Part shown: in pieces, positions 49,762 to 59,061 of the stretch
Layout of the letters: each line of letters begins with the position of its first letter
Position numbering within the stretch: position 1 is the stretch's first letter
NCBI GenBank assembly: GCA_052168235.1
Contig: JBQLZK010000006.1
Span: forward strand, 96,001 to 160,000
Length of the DNA stretch: 64,000 nt
From: Thainema sp.
Lineage (GTDB): Bacteria > Cyanobacteriota > Cyanobacteriia > Phormidesmidales > Phormidesmidaceae
Direction of reading: 5' to 3'
Made by a program: the position numbers and the translations under genes
Notes under the pieces: generated by a model
Database searches by the model: none
The model's input: only the letters and a program-made list of their open reading frames with translations
What the model was told of the DNA's origin: nothing

Positions 49762-50592
49762 ATGAATACATCGCATACTCCTGCAAAACCGATTAAGTCT
49801 GCTTCTACCCGGCAGCTACCCGCCTGGCAAGCGGCCTTTACGCTGCTGATGTTTGGCTTCATGTATATTCCCATTCTGGTGCTGGCGGTTTACAGCTTCA
49901 ACGAATCCCGCTACAGCGCCAACTGGGAAGGCCTGAGCCTGCGCTGGTACACCAAGCTGTTCAGCGATACCCGTTTACTCTCGGCCCTGCAAGATAGCCT
50001 CACGGTTGCGTTTACAGCCGTAGCCGCCTCGGCAGTACTGGGCACCCTGATGGCCGTTGGCTTAGCCCGTTACCGCTTCCCTGGCAAAAAGCTCTACCAG
50101 GGCATTTCCTATCTACCGCTGATTATTCCTGATATTGCGATCGCAGTTGCGACGCTGGTTTTCCTGGCCTCGATTGCCATTCCCCTCAGCATTTGGACGA
50201 TCATTGCCGCGCATATGGTGTTTTGCATTGCCTACACTGCCGTTGTCGTCTCATCTCGGCTTGCGGGCCTCGATCCCAACTTGGAAGAAGCAGCGCTTGA
50301 TTTAGGTGCCACACCAGCGCAGGCATTTATCAAAGTCCTGCTGCCCCAGTTATTACCCGCCATCGTCTCCGGCTGCTTGCTCTCGTTTGTCCTCAGCATG
50401 GACGATCTGCTGATTTCCAGCTTCACAGCAGGCGGCGGAGCCAATCCGCTGCCAATTGAAATTTTTAGCCGCATTCGCACAGGCGTGAAACCGGATATCA
50501 ATGCCCTCAGCGTTCTGCTGATTATCGTGTCCGGTCTAGTCGCGTTTATCGCCGAATATGTCCGCTATCGCAGTCAGCAGCAGCGGACTTGA
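49762..50592 (+). CDS. potC: Spermidine/putrescine ABC transporter permease
   Basis: YIPILVL..YSFN, SLRWY, LEEAALDLGA, PDINALS; start set at MNTSH (49762). Confidence 0.92.
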   Translation: MNTSHTPAKPIKSASTRQLPAWQAAFTLLMFGFMYIPILVLAVYSFNESRYSANWEGLSLRWYTKLFSDTRLLSALQDSLTVAFTAVAASAVLGTLMAVGLARYRFPGKKLYQGISYLPLIIPDIAIAVATLVFLASIAIPLSIWTIIAAHMVFCIAYTAVVVSSRLAGLDPNLEEAALDLGATPAQAFIKVLLPQLLPAIVSGCLLSFVLSMDDLLISSFTAGGGANPLPIEIFSRIRTGVKPDINALSVLLIIVSGLVAFIAEYVRYRSQQQRT

Positions 50593-50784
50593 ATTAACTT
50601 GATTGACCCTTCAAACAGAAGGATATCGCCGCAATGCGGCGATATTCGCCTTTTTCAGGGATTAGAAACTAAATTGTGCAGTATCATGCAGTTTCTTTAA
50701 GAATCATAGTGGTTTAGCGATTTACCTCTTAAAGCGGGCATTCTACAGCTATCCTTTTATCCTTTTGCCCGTAGGTAAATCAAC

Positions 50785-51111
50785 ATGAACCAACGCATCA
50801 TTCTAACCACGTTAGAAGGTGTTCCCGGACGGAATACGATCCAGCATTTGGGCCTGGTACAGGGTAGCACCGTCCGCGCTAAACACATTGGTAAAGACAT
50901 TTTGGCCGGATTCAAAAATATGGTCGGCGGTGAGCTGAAAAGCTATACCGAACTCCTGCAAGAAGCGCGCCAGGAAGCCACCGATCGGATGGTGCAGCAG
51001 GCGACCCAAATGGGGGCAAATGCTGTCGTGAACGTGCGTTTTGCCACCTCTTCTGTGGCGCAGGGCGCGGCTGAACTGTTCGCCTATGGCACAGCGGTGC
51101 GAGTGGAGTAG
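50785..51111 (+). CDS. YbjQ / UPF0145 family protein
   Basis: LGLVQG, GGELKSYTELL..AR.EA..RM...A...GANAVV.VRF, AYGTAV. Confidence 0.93.
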   Translation: MNQRIILTTLEGVPGRNTIQHLGLVQGSTVRAKHIGKDILAGFKNMVGGELKSYTELLQEARQEATDRMVQQATQMGANAVVNVRFATSSVAQGAAELFAYGTAVRVE

Positions 51112-51118
51112 TCGTGCT

Positions 51119-51556
51119 ATGGAATACCTTGTTTTTCTCGGTCTGCTTGCCCTGGGATTCTTTGCTGGGCGCTACTTTGAGCAGCAGCACTATCAGGAAA
51201 TCCACGCCCGAGAGCATCAAACTCAGAGCGTGCCCGTTTTTAATCTATCCGCCAGTCACATGCTGCCCCACGCTCAAGAGTCAGAGCTATTCGTCGGCAG
51301 CGTCGTCATTTCTAGCGACTACTTCAAAACCTTTGCTGGCTGGCTGATGAGCTTGTTTGGTGGCCGACTGTCTGGCTACGAAACCTTAGTGGATCGCGCC
51401 CGCCGGGAAGCCATTCTCCGCATGAAAGAAGATGCGATCGCATGGGGCGCTAAGCAGGTTTTGAATGTGCGCCTGGAAACTTCATGCATGAATACAGAGT
51501 CCCAGAATGGGATCGTTTCGATTGAGGTGATTGCGTATGGGACGGGGATTCGGTGA
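51119..51556 (+). CDS. Membrane-anchored YbjQ-like protein
   Basis: N-terminal TM; GSVVISSDYFK, GGRLSGYETLVDRARREAILRMKE, AYGTG; start ATG 51119. Confidence 0.88.
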   Translation: MEYLVFLGLLALGFFAGRYFEQQHYQEIHAREHQTQSVPVFNLSASHMLPHAQESELFVGSVVISSDYFKTFAGWLMSLFGGRLSGYETLVDRARREAILRMKEDAIAWGAKQVLNVRLETSCMNTESQNGIVSIEVIAYGTGIR

Positions 51557-51699
51557 TAGTTGAGGGTTGAGGGTTAGTGGATAGTAGGGGCGTTTTTGCG
51601 GCGTTGACTACGTTACGAAATATATCTCAAGCTGCGATCGCACCCGGAATCCTTAACTATAACTATGGTCGCCTGCTCTGCTGATTCAGTTCGAAGTTC

Positions 51700-52926
51700 A
51701 TGGATGCGATTAAGTTCAACATTGACACCTGGTTGAAAACCAGTACTGCTCAGGGGTCTGCTCTACCTGACGATCAGCGCCAGTTCATTGAGGCTCGCAC
51801 GGTTTTGCCGCTGGCGGCCTACAGTGATGCGGGCAACAATCACTACAAAATCACTCTGGGAACGAATGCCCAGGGACAGCAGATTTTCTACAAGGGGCGC
51901 AACACCTGGTACGTCTATCAGCCTGCGGTCGAGATCTTCCGCGTTGCCACTGTCGATCCCTATTCCATTCTGGTCACGGCGAACACCTGGTTTAAGCAAA
52001 CTGTCGCTCAGGCATCGACTTTGGCGGATAGCCAGAAGGTTTATGTAGAATCTGGCTCAACCTTCCCGATTGCGGCCTTCGCGTTTGAGCAAAACCACGT
52101 CAAGTTCACTCTGGGCAAAGACCAAGTCGGCCAGCAGGTCTTCCTGAAAGGCCGCAATACCTGGTACGCCTATGAGCTGCATGTTGATGTGCTGCGCAAT
52201 GATGTGCCACTGTTTGATTACGGACTTAAGTTCAAAACCGACACCTGGCTGAAGCAAAGTACGGCTCAAGCTGCCAGCCTATCGGATAGTCAAAAGCAGT
52301 TTATTGAAGGTGGCACAATTCTTCCGCTGGCGGCTTTTGAGCCGCAGTTTCTGCATCTCAAGGTGACATTTGGTCAAAATGCCCAAGGTGAGCAAGTTGA
52401 GTTCAACGGGCGCAATACCTGGTACGTGTATGAGCCAACGGTTGAGGTGTTGCACAATAACCAGTCGTTTGATGCAACCACATCGATTAATGCTAAAGGA
52501 TTGCGGCTGATCAAAGCCTTTGAAGGGCTGAGACTGACCGCCTATCGCGATCCAGTCGGGATCTGGACGATTGGCTACGGTACGACCCGAGGGGTTTATC
52601 CCGGTATGCAAATCACGGAAGCTCAGGCGGAGCAGTTGTTGCGCAACGATGTACAACGGTTTGAAGCGGCAGTGCGACAGTTGGTGACGGTGCCGCTGGA
52701 CGCAGATGAATTTTCGGCACTAGTTTCGTTTGCCTACAATGTGGGCGAGGGAGCACTGGCAAATTCCACGCTGCTGAGGAAACTCAACCAGGGCGATCGC
52801 GCAGGAGCATCCAATGAGTTTTTACGCTGGGTAAATGCGGGCGGGCGGGTTTTGCCGGGTTTAGAACGGCGACGTAAGGCGGAACGCGCCTTGTTTAGAG
52901 GTGAGGACTTTACGGTATTTCTTTAG
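51700..52926 (+). CDS. GH24 (phage-type) lysozyme with three N-terminal repeat domains
   Basis: FEGLRLTAYRDPVGIWTIGYG (E-x8-D-x5-T), ALVSFAYNVG, STLLRKLN, GLERRRKAE; three repeats ending GRNTWY. Confidence 0.93.
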   Translation: MDAIKFNIDTWLKTSTAQGSALPDDQRQFIEARTVLPLAAYSDAGNNHYKITLGTNAQGQQIFYKGRNTWYVYQPAVEIFRVATVDPYSILVTANTWFKQTVAQASTLADSQKVYVESGSTFPIAAFAFEQNHVKFTLGKDQVGQQVFLKGRNTWYAYELHVDVLRNDVPLFDYGLKFKTDTWLKQSTAQAASLSDSQKQFIEGGTILPLAAFEPQFLHLKVTFGQNAQGEQVEFNGRNTWYVYEPTVEVLHNNQSFDATTSINAKGLRLIKAFEGLRLTAYRDPVGIWTIGYGTTRGVYPGMQITEAQAEQLLRNDVQRFEAAVRQLVTVPLDADEFSALVSFAYNVGEGALANSTLLRKLNQGDRAGASNEFLRWVNAGGRVLPGLERRRKAERALFRGEDFTVFL

Positions 52927-52941
52927 AGTCTTGGGCTAAGA

Positions 52942-53289
52942 CTAGATTGAATCAAATGCGCTGTCCAGTGGCTGACCGCGATCGCAATACATGCAGCGAT
53001 GATGGCGCTTACTCAGCGGACGATGGCATTCGAGGCAGTAGCTGACCTGCTTATTACGCTTGCCGTCAAGCTTGCCGTCTTCCAAGTCAATTTCGTTCAC
53101 CTTTTCGATCAGCATATCCTCAGTCACATTCGTGCGCTCTTGCAGCAGTTCCCACATGGCCTGACAGATCAGCGACAAGCTATCGACGCGGCTTTCTAAA
53201 TCCTGCATTTGGGCCGAGAGCCGACTGACGTTGCGCTCGGCCCGAGCTGTTGATAAATCGGTAGAGGAGAGACGGTGAGAATAAGCCAT
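52942..53289 (-). CDS. Hypothetical protein with C-terminal zinc ribbon
   Basis: Coiled coil, AMWELL, IDLEDGKLDG, CLEC...CMYC. Confidence 0.8.
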   Translation of the reverse strand: MAYSHRLSSTDLSTARAERNVSRLSAQMQDLESRVDSLSLICQAMWELLQERTNVTEDMLIEKVNEIDLEDGKLDGKRNKQVSYCLECHRPLSKRHHRCMYCDRGQPLDSAFDSI

Positions 53290-53442
53290 AGGTCTAGCGC
53301 TCTGATGGTAGTGGTTCGTGGAGCATCCTCACTTGTATAGCCGTACTCAGACCGGACTCCGTATCAAGTGGTGATATGAAGTCCTACAGAGGTTCAACTG
53401 ATCGATCCGCACATCTACGGAAAGTGTACCCGCACGGGGACT

Positions 53443-54222
53443 CTAGGTCTTTAAGGTATTCAGCAAGCTTGAGGCGACGACGCTAAGCGGGATCAACTCA
53501 GCCGCTTGCCAAAACTTGGGATTGTCGGCATCTACAAAACAAGCGAAATCGATATCAGGATGCCAACGGGATCCATCCGGCAGAATCGTTTGATCATTAA
53601 ATTTGGCCCGATGCAGTTCTGCCTGTAACAAATTGGCCTCGGTCAAATCCGCTCCCCTTAAATCCGCTTCTTGCAGGTCAGCACCCTGTAAATTAGCGTT
53701 TTGCAGATTTGCCGTCTTTAGGTTGGCTCGCCGCAGCACGCCATTTTGTAAGTTGGTATGACTTAAATTGGCGTCAACCAACTGTGCCTCAAACAGATCA
53801 ACCTCTTGCATATCAGCTTCACTGAGGTCAGCTTCCTCTAGATGCACTTCATAGAGCCATGCTCCTGCCAACAGATTTTGGCGACGCATCTGGTCTAAGA
53901 TTTTTTGTCGAATAGCGGGCCGAGTAGTGAGCTTGAGCCGATCGGCAAACTGATCGCGGCGGCGCATCCGCTCCCGGTCGAGCCGATCCACCTCATCCCG
54001 CTTCTGGTAAATCACTAACTCTACTAGCAAAATTGTGACCGCTGCGCCGAGCATCTCAGTCCCGACATCCTGTAGCCAACCGACCCACCAGCGCATGGCA
54101 TTTCCGGTACCGCTGATGGAGAATGACCAGTAACCTGAAATAAAAGCTGCGATCGCAAGTCCTAGGGCAATGGTGAGGCCGAGTTTGCGTAAATTACGAT
54201 TGGGTTGTTTGGGATAGGACAT
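53443..54222 (-). CDS. Membrane-anchored pentapeptide repeat protein
   Basis: Two N-terminal hydrophobic segments; A(D/N)Lxx repeats; ILPDG cap. Confidence 0.9.
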   Translation of the reverse strand: MSYPKQPNRNLRKLGLTIALGLAIAAFISGYWSFSISGTGNAMRWWVGWLQDVGTEMLGAAVTILLVELVIYQKRDEVDRLDRERMRRRDQFADRLKLTTRPAIRQKILDQMRRQNLLAGAWLYEVHLEEADLSEADMQEVDLFEAQLVDANLSHTNLQNGVLRRANLKTANLQNANLQGADLQEADLRGADLTEANLLQAELHRAKFNDQTILPDGSRWHPDIDFACFVDADNPKFWQAAELIPLSVVASSLLNTLKT

Positions 54223-54416
54223 ACAGTTTCAATGTTGAACCGAGTTGGTATTGCGGTATTGAGGTGAGGCGCAATGGAGATCATTAAGATTCCGGCGCGA
54301 ACCCGAATGACTTTTCTCTACACTGTAATAAGGACAACAGTTCAGCGTGCTCATCCCCAATGTAGGGATTGCGTTTATCCAAAGAGCGATTTAGAAACTG
54401 CTAACCCCCCATTTGT

Positions 54417-55805
54417 ATGCAAACGTCTGATCAACCTACCAGTCAATCCACCAGTATCCCGGCCCAGAAGCTCGATACCCGCCTCGAAAGCAACTACTTT
54501 CCCCAGTTCGACGACAGCCATCCGCCGGAACAGAGTCTGATTGATGCCTGTGTCCACTGCGGCTTTTGCCTCACCACCTGCCCCAGCTATCGCGTAATTG
54601 GCAAAGAAACGGATTCACCCCGAGGCCGCATCTATCTGATGGATGCAATTAATAAAGGCGACGCGCCGCTGTCCGATGCATCGGTGGAGCATTTTGACAC
54701 CTGCTTGGGCTGTCTGGCCTGCACTACCGCCTGCCCATCGGGGGTGAAATATGATCAGCTGATTGCGGCTACGCGACCGCAGATTGAGCGCAATCACCGC
54801 CGCAACCTCGGCGATACGCTATTCCGCAAACTGCTCTTCTCACTGTTTCCCTATCCGGATCGGCTTCGCATCCTACTCGCTCCCTTGGCGCTATATCAGC
54901 ATTCAGGCTTATCGCGATTTGTGCAGGCAACGGGCCTGCTGGAGCGCATTTCGCCCCGGTTAGCCTCAATGGAGTCCTTGTTACCCACGATTACGGCGAA
55001 ATCATTTCAAGATAATTTACCGGACGTCATTCCAGCTCAAGGCGAGCAGCGCTATCGGGTGGGCATGATTCTGGGCTGCGTGCAGCGGCTGTTTTTCTCG
55101 GATGTGAATGAAGCCACGGCGCGGGTGTTATCTGCCAATGGCTGCGAAGTGGTGATTCCCAAGTCGCAGGGCTGCTGTTCGGCCCTACCCGCCCACCAAG
55201 GCCAGGAAAATCAGGCGCAAGCACTAGCCCGACAGATGATCGACAGCTTTGCCGATACGGGAGTTGACTATATCATCATCAACGCGGCTGGCTGTGGACA
55301 TACATTGAAGGAGTATCACCACATTCTGGCCAATGATCCAGTCTACGCTGAGCAGGCCAAAGCGTTTGTCGCAAAAGTGCGGGATGCTCAAGAATTTCTG
55401 GCCGAAGTGGGCCTAACTGCAACGCTCAACCCGCTGACCAATGGTGGCTTACCAATGGTGTACCAGGATGCTTGCCATCTCCTGCACGGACAAAAAATTA
55501 GCGTTCAGCCCCGCCAACTTTTGCAGCAGATCCCCGGTGTGCAACTGCGGGAACCGATTGATGCCGCGCTGTGCTGCGGTAGCGCAGGAGTATACAACAT
55601 GCTGCAACCGGAAATTGCAGCAGAACTGGGCCAGCAAAAGGCGATGAATTTAGCCAACACAGGCGCAAAGCTAATTGCTTCTGCGAATCCTGGCTGTTCG
55701 CTGCAAATTTTGAAGTATCTCGAACAGCAGGGACAGGTGATCCCGCTGAAGCATCCGATGCAGCTGCTTGATTTGTCGATTCGGGGGGAGAGGTTGGCGG
55801 TTTGA
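54417..55805 (+). CDS. glcF: Glycolate oxidase iron-sulfur subunit
   Basis: CVHCGFCLTTCP, CLGCLACTTACP, GCCSA, DACHLLHGQ, CCGSAGVYN, ANPGC. Confidence 0.9.
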   Translation: MQTSDQPTSQSTSIPAQKLDTRLESNYFPQFDDSHPPEQSLIDACVHCGFCLTTCPSYRVIGKETDSPRGRIYLMDAINKGDAPLSDASVEHFDTCLGCLACTTACPSGVKYDQLIAATRPQIERNHRRNLGDTLFRKLLFSLFPYPDRLRILLAPLALYQHSGLSRFVQATGLLERISPRLASMESLLPTITAKSFQDNLPDVIPAQGEQRYRVGMILGCVQRLFFSDVNEATARVLSANGCEVVIPKSQGCCSALPAHQGQENQAQALARQMIDSFADTGVDYIIINAAGCGHTLKEYHHILANDPVYAEQAKAFVAKVRDAQEFLAEVGLTATLNPLTNGGLPMVYQDACHLLHGQKISVQPRQLLQQIPGVQLREPIDAALCCGSAGVYNMLQPEIAAELGQQKAMNLANTGAKLIASANPGCSLQILKYLEQQGQVIPLKHPMQLLDLSIRGERLAV

Positions 55806-55940
55806 GTGAGGGGTGTGAGAGGTGTGGGAGGGTAGATGAGTAGGAGGGTGGATGGGTAGATGGGTGGTGATTTGGGTGTAGTTGGGACTTTGAGGAGTTG
55901 GTGGTTGGCGAAGTAGGTTGGAAGGGGTTGAGAAAGGTGT
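55806..55940 (+). repeat. Purine-rich 8-9-mer short tandem repeats
   Basis: GAGGGGTGT GAGAGGTGT ... GGGTGGAT GGGTAGAT GGGTGG. Confidence 0.7.
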
Positions 55941-56048
55941 GATGAAGCGCGATCGCACCTGTGCAAGTGAGGGGAAATCTGGGGAACTCTAAATGAAATA
56001 TTTATTTCTTGAATAAATATTATTTACTTGCAGTACGACTCCAAATTT

Positions 56049-58097
56049 ATGACTTTGGCAGCCAGCAACAATCCCAGCCGCTTACCGGATCGCATCTCTC
56101 CGCTCGAAGTTGTCTCTGTTTTCAAAGCATCTCAGGCTATTTCCAGTATTATTCAGCTCGAAGAATGGCTGCGCCAGTTGAGCCAAATTATGTTGCAGCA
56201 GTCGGGTTGAGATCGCAGTGTCCTGATTCTGCCGCATGGTGATGGACAGTGGCAGGTTCGAGCGGTGGCAACGCCTGACGGTACAGAGCTGGGTGTCGAT
56301 GCGCTGGCGGAAACTGCTGACCTGCCGAGCAAGCTGATTCAGTATGTGATAGAGACTCGCGAGACGGTCGTAGTTGACGACTTGGCAACAGATTTGCCAG
56401 GTATTAACACTTTAGAAGCTGATTTGAGCCAGTATCGGCTCAAGAGTGCTCTCTGTCTGCCACTGGTCAACCCGCATCAACCGGATCAACTGACAGGAGT
56501 TGTATATGTCGCCAGTCAGTCTGCTCAGGGAATTTTTACCTGCGATCGCATTTTTCTCCTGAACCTGATCTGCACTCAAGCTGCCATCGCGCTGGAGAAT
56601 GCCCAACGCTACCAGGCCGCTCAAGCCTATGCCGACCAGCTAGAGCGATCGCTACAGCAGCTACAGTCCGCTCAAACTAAACTGGTGGCTGATGAACAGA
56701 TCATGCAGGAACAGGCGCTGGCCCTGGTGCAGCTTTCGGAAAGTAAAGCAATTACTCAGGGTGATCTGAACGCTGCCTTTCAGGAACTCACAACGGTCAC
56801 TGCCCGGATTTTGCAGGTTGAGCGGGTCAGCATTTGGTTATTTGACGATCAGCGCACCAAGATTCAGTGCGTTGACCTATTTCTCCAGTCCGGTCAGCAA
56901 CACCTAGAGGGCTTTGAACTCAAGGTTGTAGACTATCCAGCCTACTTTGCGGCGATGGTGTCGCAGCCCATCCTGCCAATTGACGATGCCTGGACAGATC
57001 CCTGCACCCGTGAGTTCGTCAATGGCTATCTGGATGTGTACAACATTGCATCAATGCTGGACTCCAGTGTGCAGCTCAACGGCAACGTCAGCGGTGTGAT
57101 TTGCTGTGAGCAGGTGGGAGAAAAACGGGTGTGGAACCAAGCGGAGCAGAACTTTATCCGCTCTGTTGCCAACTTGATTGCCCTAGCGCTGGAGTCAAAT
57201 CAGCGCCGCCAGAAGGAGAAGAAGCTAAAGCAGGCGCTGTCGGAGCTGAGCCAGTCTCAACTGCAAATGGTACAAAATGAAAAGATGGCCTCGCTGGGAA
57301 ACCTGGTTGCGGGAGTTGCTCACGAAATCAACAATCCGATTGGCTTCCTCAACGGCAGTACCAAAAATGCCAAAGACTACGTGCAGGATCTACTGGAGCA
57401 TCTTGCCTTCTATCAGCAGCAGTATCCCGACACGGCTGAACCGATTCAAGCTCATGCTGCCGAGATTGATCTAGCGTTTATCATTAAAGATTTGCCCAAA
57501 TTGCTCGACTCGATGCAGGGAGCGACCGATCGAATCAAGTCAATTAGTAACAGCCTGCGCACATTTTCCCGTGCCGATACCGAGCATAAAGTTAGCGCCA
57601 ATCTGCACGAAGGGCTAGACAGTACGCTGCTGATTTTGAAGTATCGACTGAAAGCCAACGAGGTTCGACCTGCCATTGAAGTTGTCAAGCAGTACGACGA
57701 ACAGTTGCCGCCGATTGACTGCTTTCCGGGACAGCTCAATCAGGTGTTCATGAACATTCTGGCCAACGCAATCGATGTTCTAGACGAAGCGGCACAGCAG
57801 GCCTCGTTTGCCGAACTCCAGTCCAATCCACAAGTGATCACGATTCAAACGATGCTGTTAGTTGAAGCCAACCACGTAGAAATCTGCATCCGCGACAACG
57901 GCATGGGCATGACCGAAGCGGTGAAAGCCAAAATCTTTAACCATCTGTTTACGACGAAAGCTGTTGGCAAAGGAACAGGTTTGGGACTTGCGATCGCACA
58001 TCAAATCGTCACCGAAACCCACGGTGGCAAGCTAGACGTACAGTCCAAACTTGGCCAAGGCAGCGAGTTCTGCATTCAGCTACCAATAGCGGCTTAG
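56049..58097 (+). pseudogene. GAF-GAF sensor histidine kinase interrupted by one in-frame TGA (56208-56210)
   Basis: ORFs 56028-56210 and 56265-58097 share a frame; reading through gives KASQAISSIIQLEEWL...QQSG*DRSVLILP; AHEINNP and HATPase boxes intact. Confidence 0.8.
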
Positions 58098-58174
58098 AAT
58101 GAAACTCATTTTGAAGTTAAGTGCGAAAACGGATTGCTAAGTAGTCACTCTCCTCTCTCCTTTCGCCCCAATCA

Positions 58175-58205
58175 GTGTGTTGCGCTTCGCGTAACAGCAC
58201 CCTAC
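58175..58205 (-). repeat. GTAG-type REP-like palindrome
   Basis: Minus strand reads GTAGGGTGC-TGTTACGC-GAA-GCGCAACA-CAC. Confidence 0.55.
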
Positions 58206-58356
58206 ATACCCCTGTCGCTCCCTTGCCTGCTTTCTCCCTTGTGCTCCTCGCGCCTTATGCCTCACGCCCATATCGCCGAATCAAGACATACTTATGGGGT
58301 AACTGTTTATCCTGACAAGTCTGTTGATAAGATTATTCAAAATAATTATGGTTAGT

Positions 58357-58450
58357 TATAGTGCTAGCCAGTAGGATTGCGGCAAGGTAGTTTTTGGGGT
58401 AGCTTTCGCCGCTCCAAAAACTACCGCAATCTAACTGTTTACAGCTAGAT
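58357..58450. mobile_element. Degenerate TATAG-type palindromic element
   Basis: TATAG...GATTGCGG / CCGCAATC...CTAGA; internal GGTAGTTTTTGG / CCAAAAACTACC. Confidence 0.5.
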
Positions 58451-58483
58451 ATTCAGTAGTCGGCTAGATGAGGAGAACAGCAA

Positions 58484-58930
58484 GTGAATGCAGCCGAAAA
58501 AGCGACAAACTTTGAGGTTGCCGGAAAAATCGCGGCTATCGTCAATCTGTTCAAGGCCGAGTTTCCGCCAATTCGTGCTGATCTCAAGCCGTGGATGAAC
58601 GACCGTGAAACTCTAGATCTCGTTGATCCAGACTCGATTGATATTGGATTTCACTTTCCGGGCTATAGCCGCTCATTCCAAAGCCGCAGCATTTTAATTC
58701 AGATTCGTTTCCACGAAGATCCGCTGGTGAAAACCTACCGGGCAGTTGGAATTGAAGCGATTGGTTTCACCCACGCTGGCAAACAGTGGCGCTTCTCAAC
58801 CATTGAAAACTGGGATTTTGTGGGCGAAACCTGTCCGGGTGACGAAGGGCGCGATCGCTTAAAGTATTTGTGCCGCAGCATCATGGAAATCTTTAACGGA
58901 TCAGAGTTGGCATCCGGCACTAACGGATAA
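58484..58930 (+). CDS. Conserved cyanobacterial hypothetical protein
   Basis: GAGGAG RBS; ADLKPW.ND, DPDSIDIGFHFPG, RSILIQIRF blocks. Confidence 0.8.
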   Translation: MNAAEKATNFEVAGKIAAIVNLFKAEFPPIRADLKPWMNDRETLDLVDPDSIDIGFHFPGYSRSFQSRSILIQIRFHEDPLVKTYRAVGIEAIGFTHAGKQWRFSTIENWDFVGETCPGDEGRDRLKYLCRSIMEIFNGSELASGTNG

Positions 58931-58960
58931 TGTTCAAATAATATTCAAAGCGGTTTGAAG

Positions 58961-59021
58961 AACCAGAGTTCGTTTTGTAAAACGCTGGCAGCGCCAGCGT
59001 TTTACAAAACGAACTCTGGTT
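58961..59021. repeat. Perfect 29-bp palindrome
   Basis: AACCAGAGTTCGTTTTGTAAAACGCTGGC-AGC-GCCAGCGTTTTACAAAACGAACTCTGGTT. Confidence 0.9.
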
Positions 59022-59061
59022 TTGACACGCGATATCAGTTTCGTACACTACTCACATTGAG

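Noticed and set aside
50785..54222. Prophage remnant around the GH24 lysozyme
   Set aside because: No integrase, structural, terminase or recognisable holin genes, and HIP1 sites occur here as in host DNA.
55505..55966. Minus-strand Pro/Thr/His-rich ORFs
   Set aside because: Translations of the purine-rich tandem repeats plus antisense glcF.
56208..56210. Selenocysteine recoding of the in-frame TGA at a Cys-like position
   Set aside because: No convincing SECIS hairpin downstream, the site is not a redox motif, and one substitution in a HIP1 site explains it more simply.
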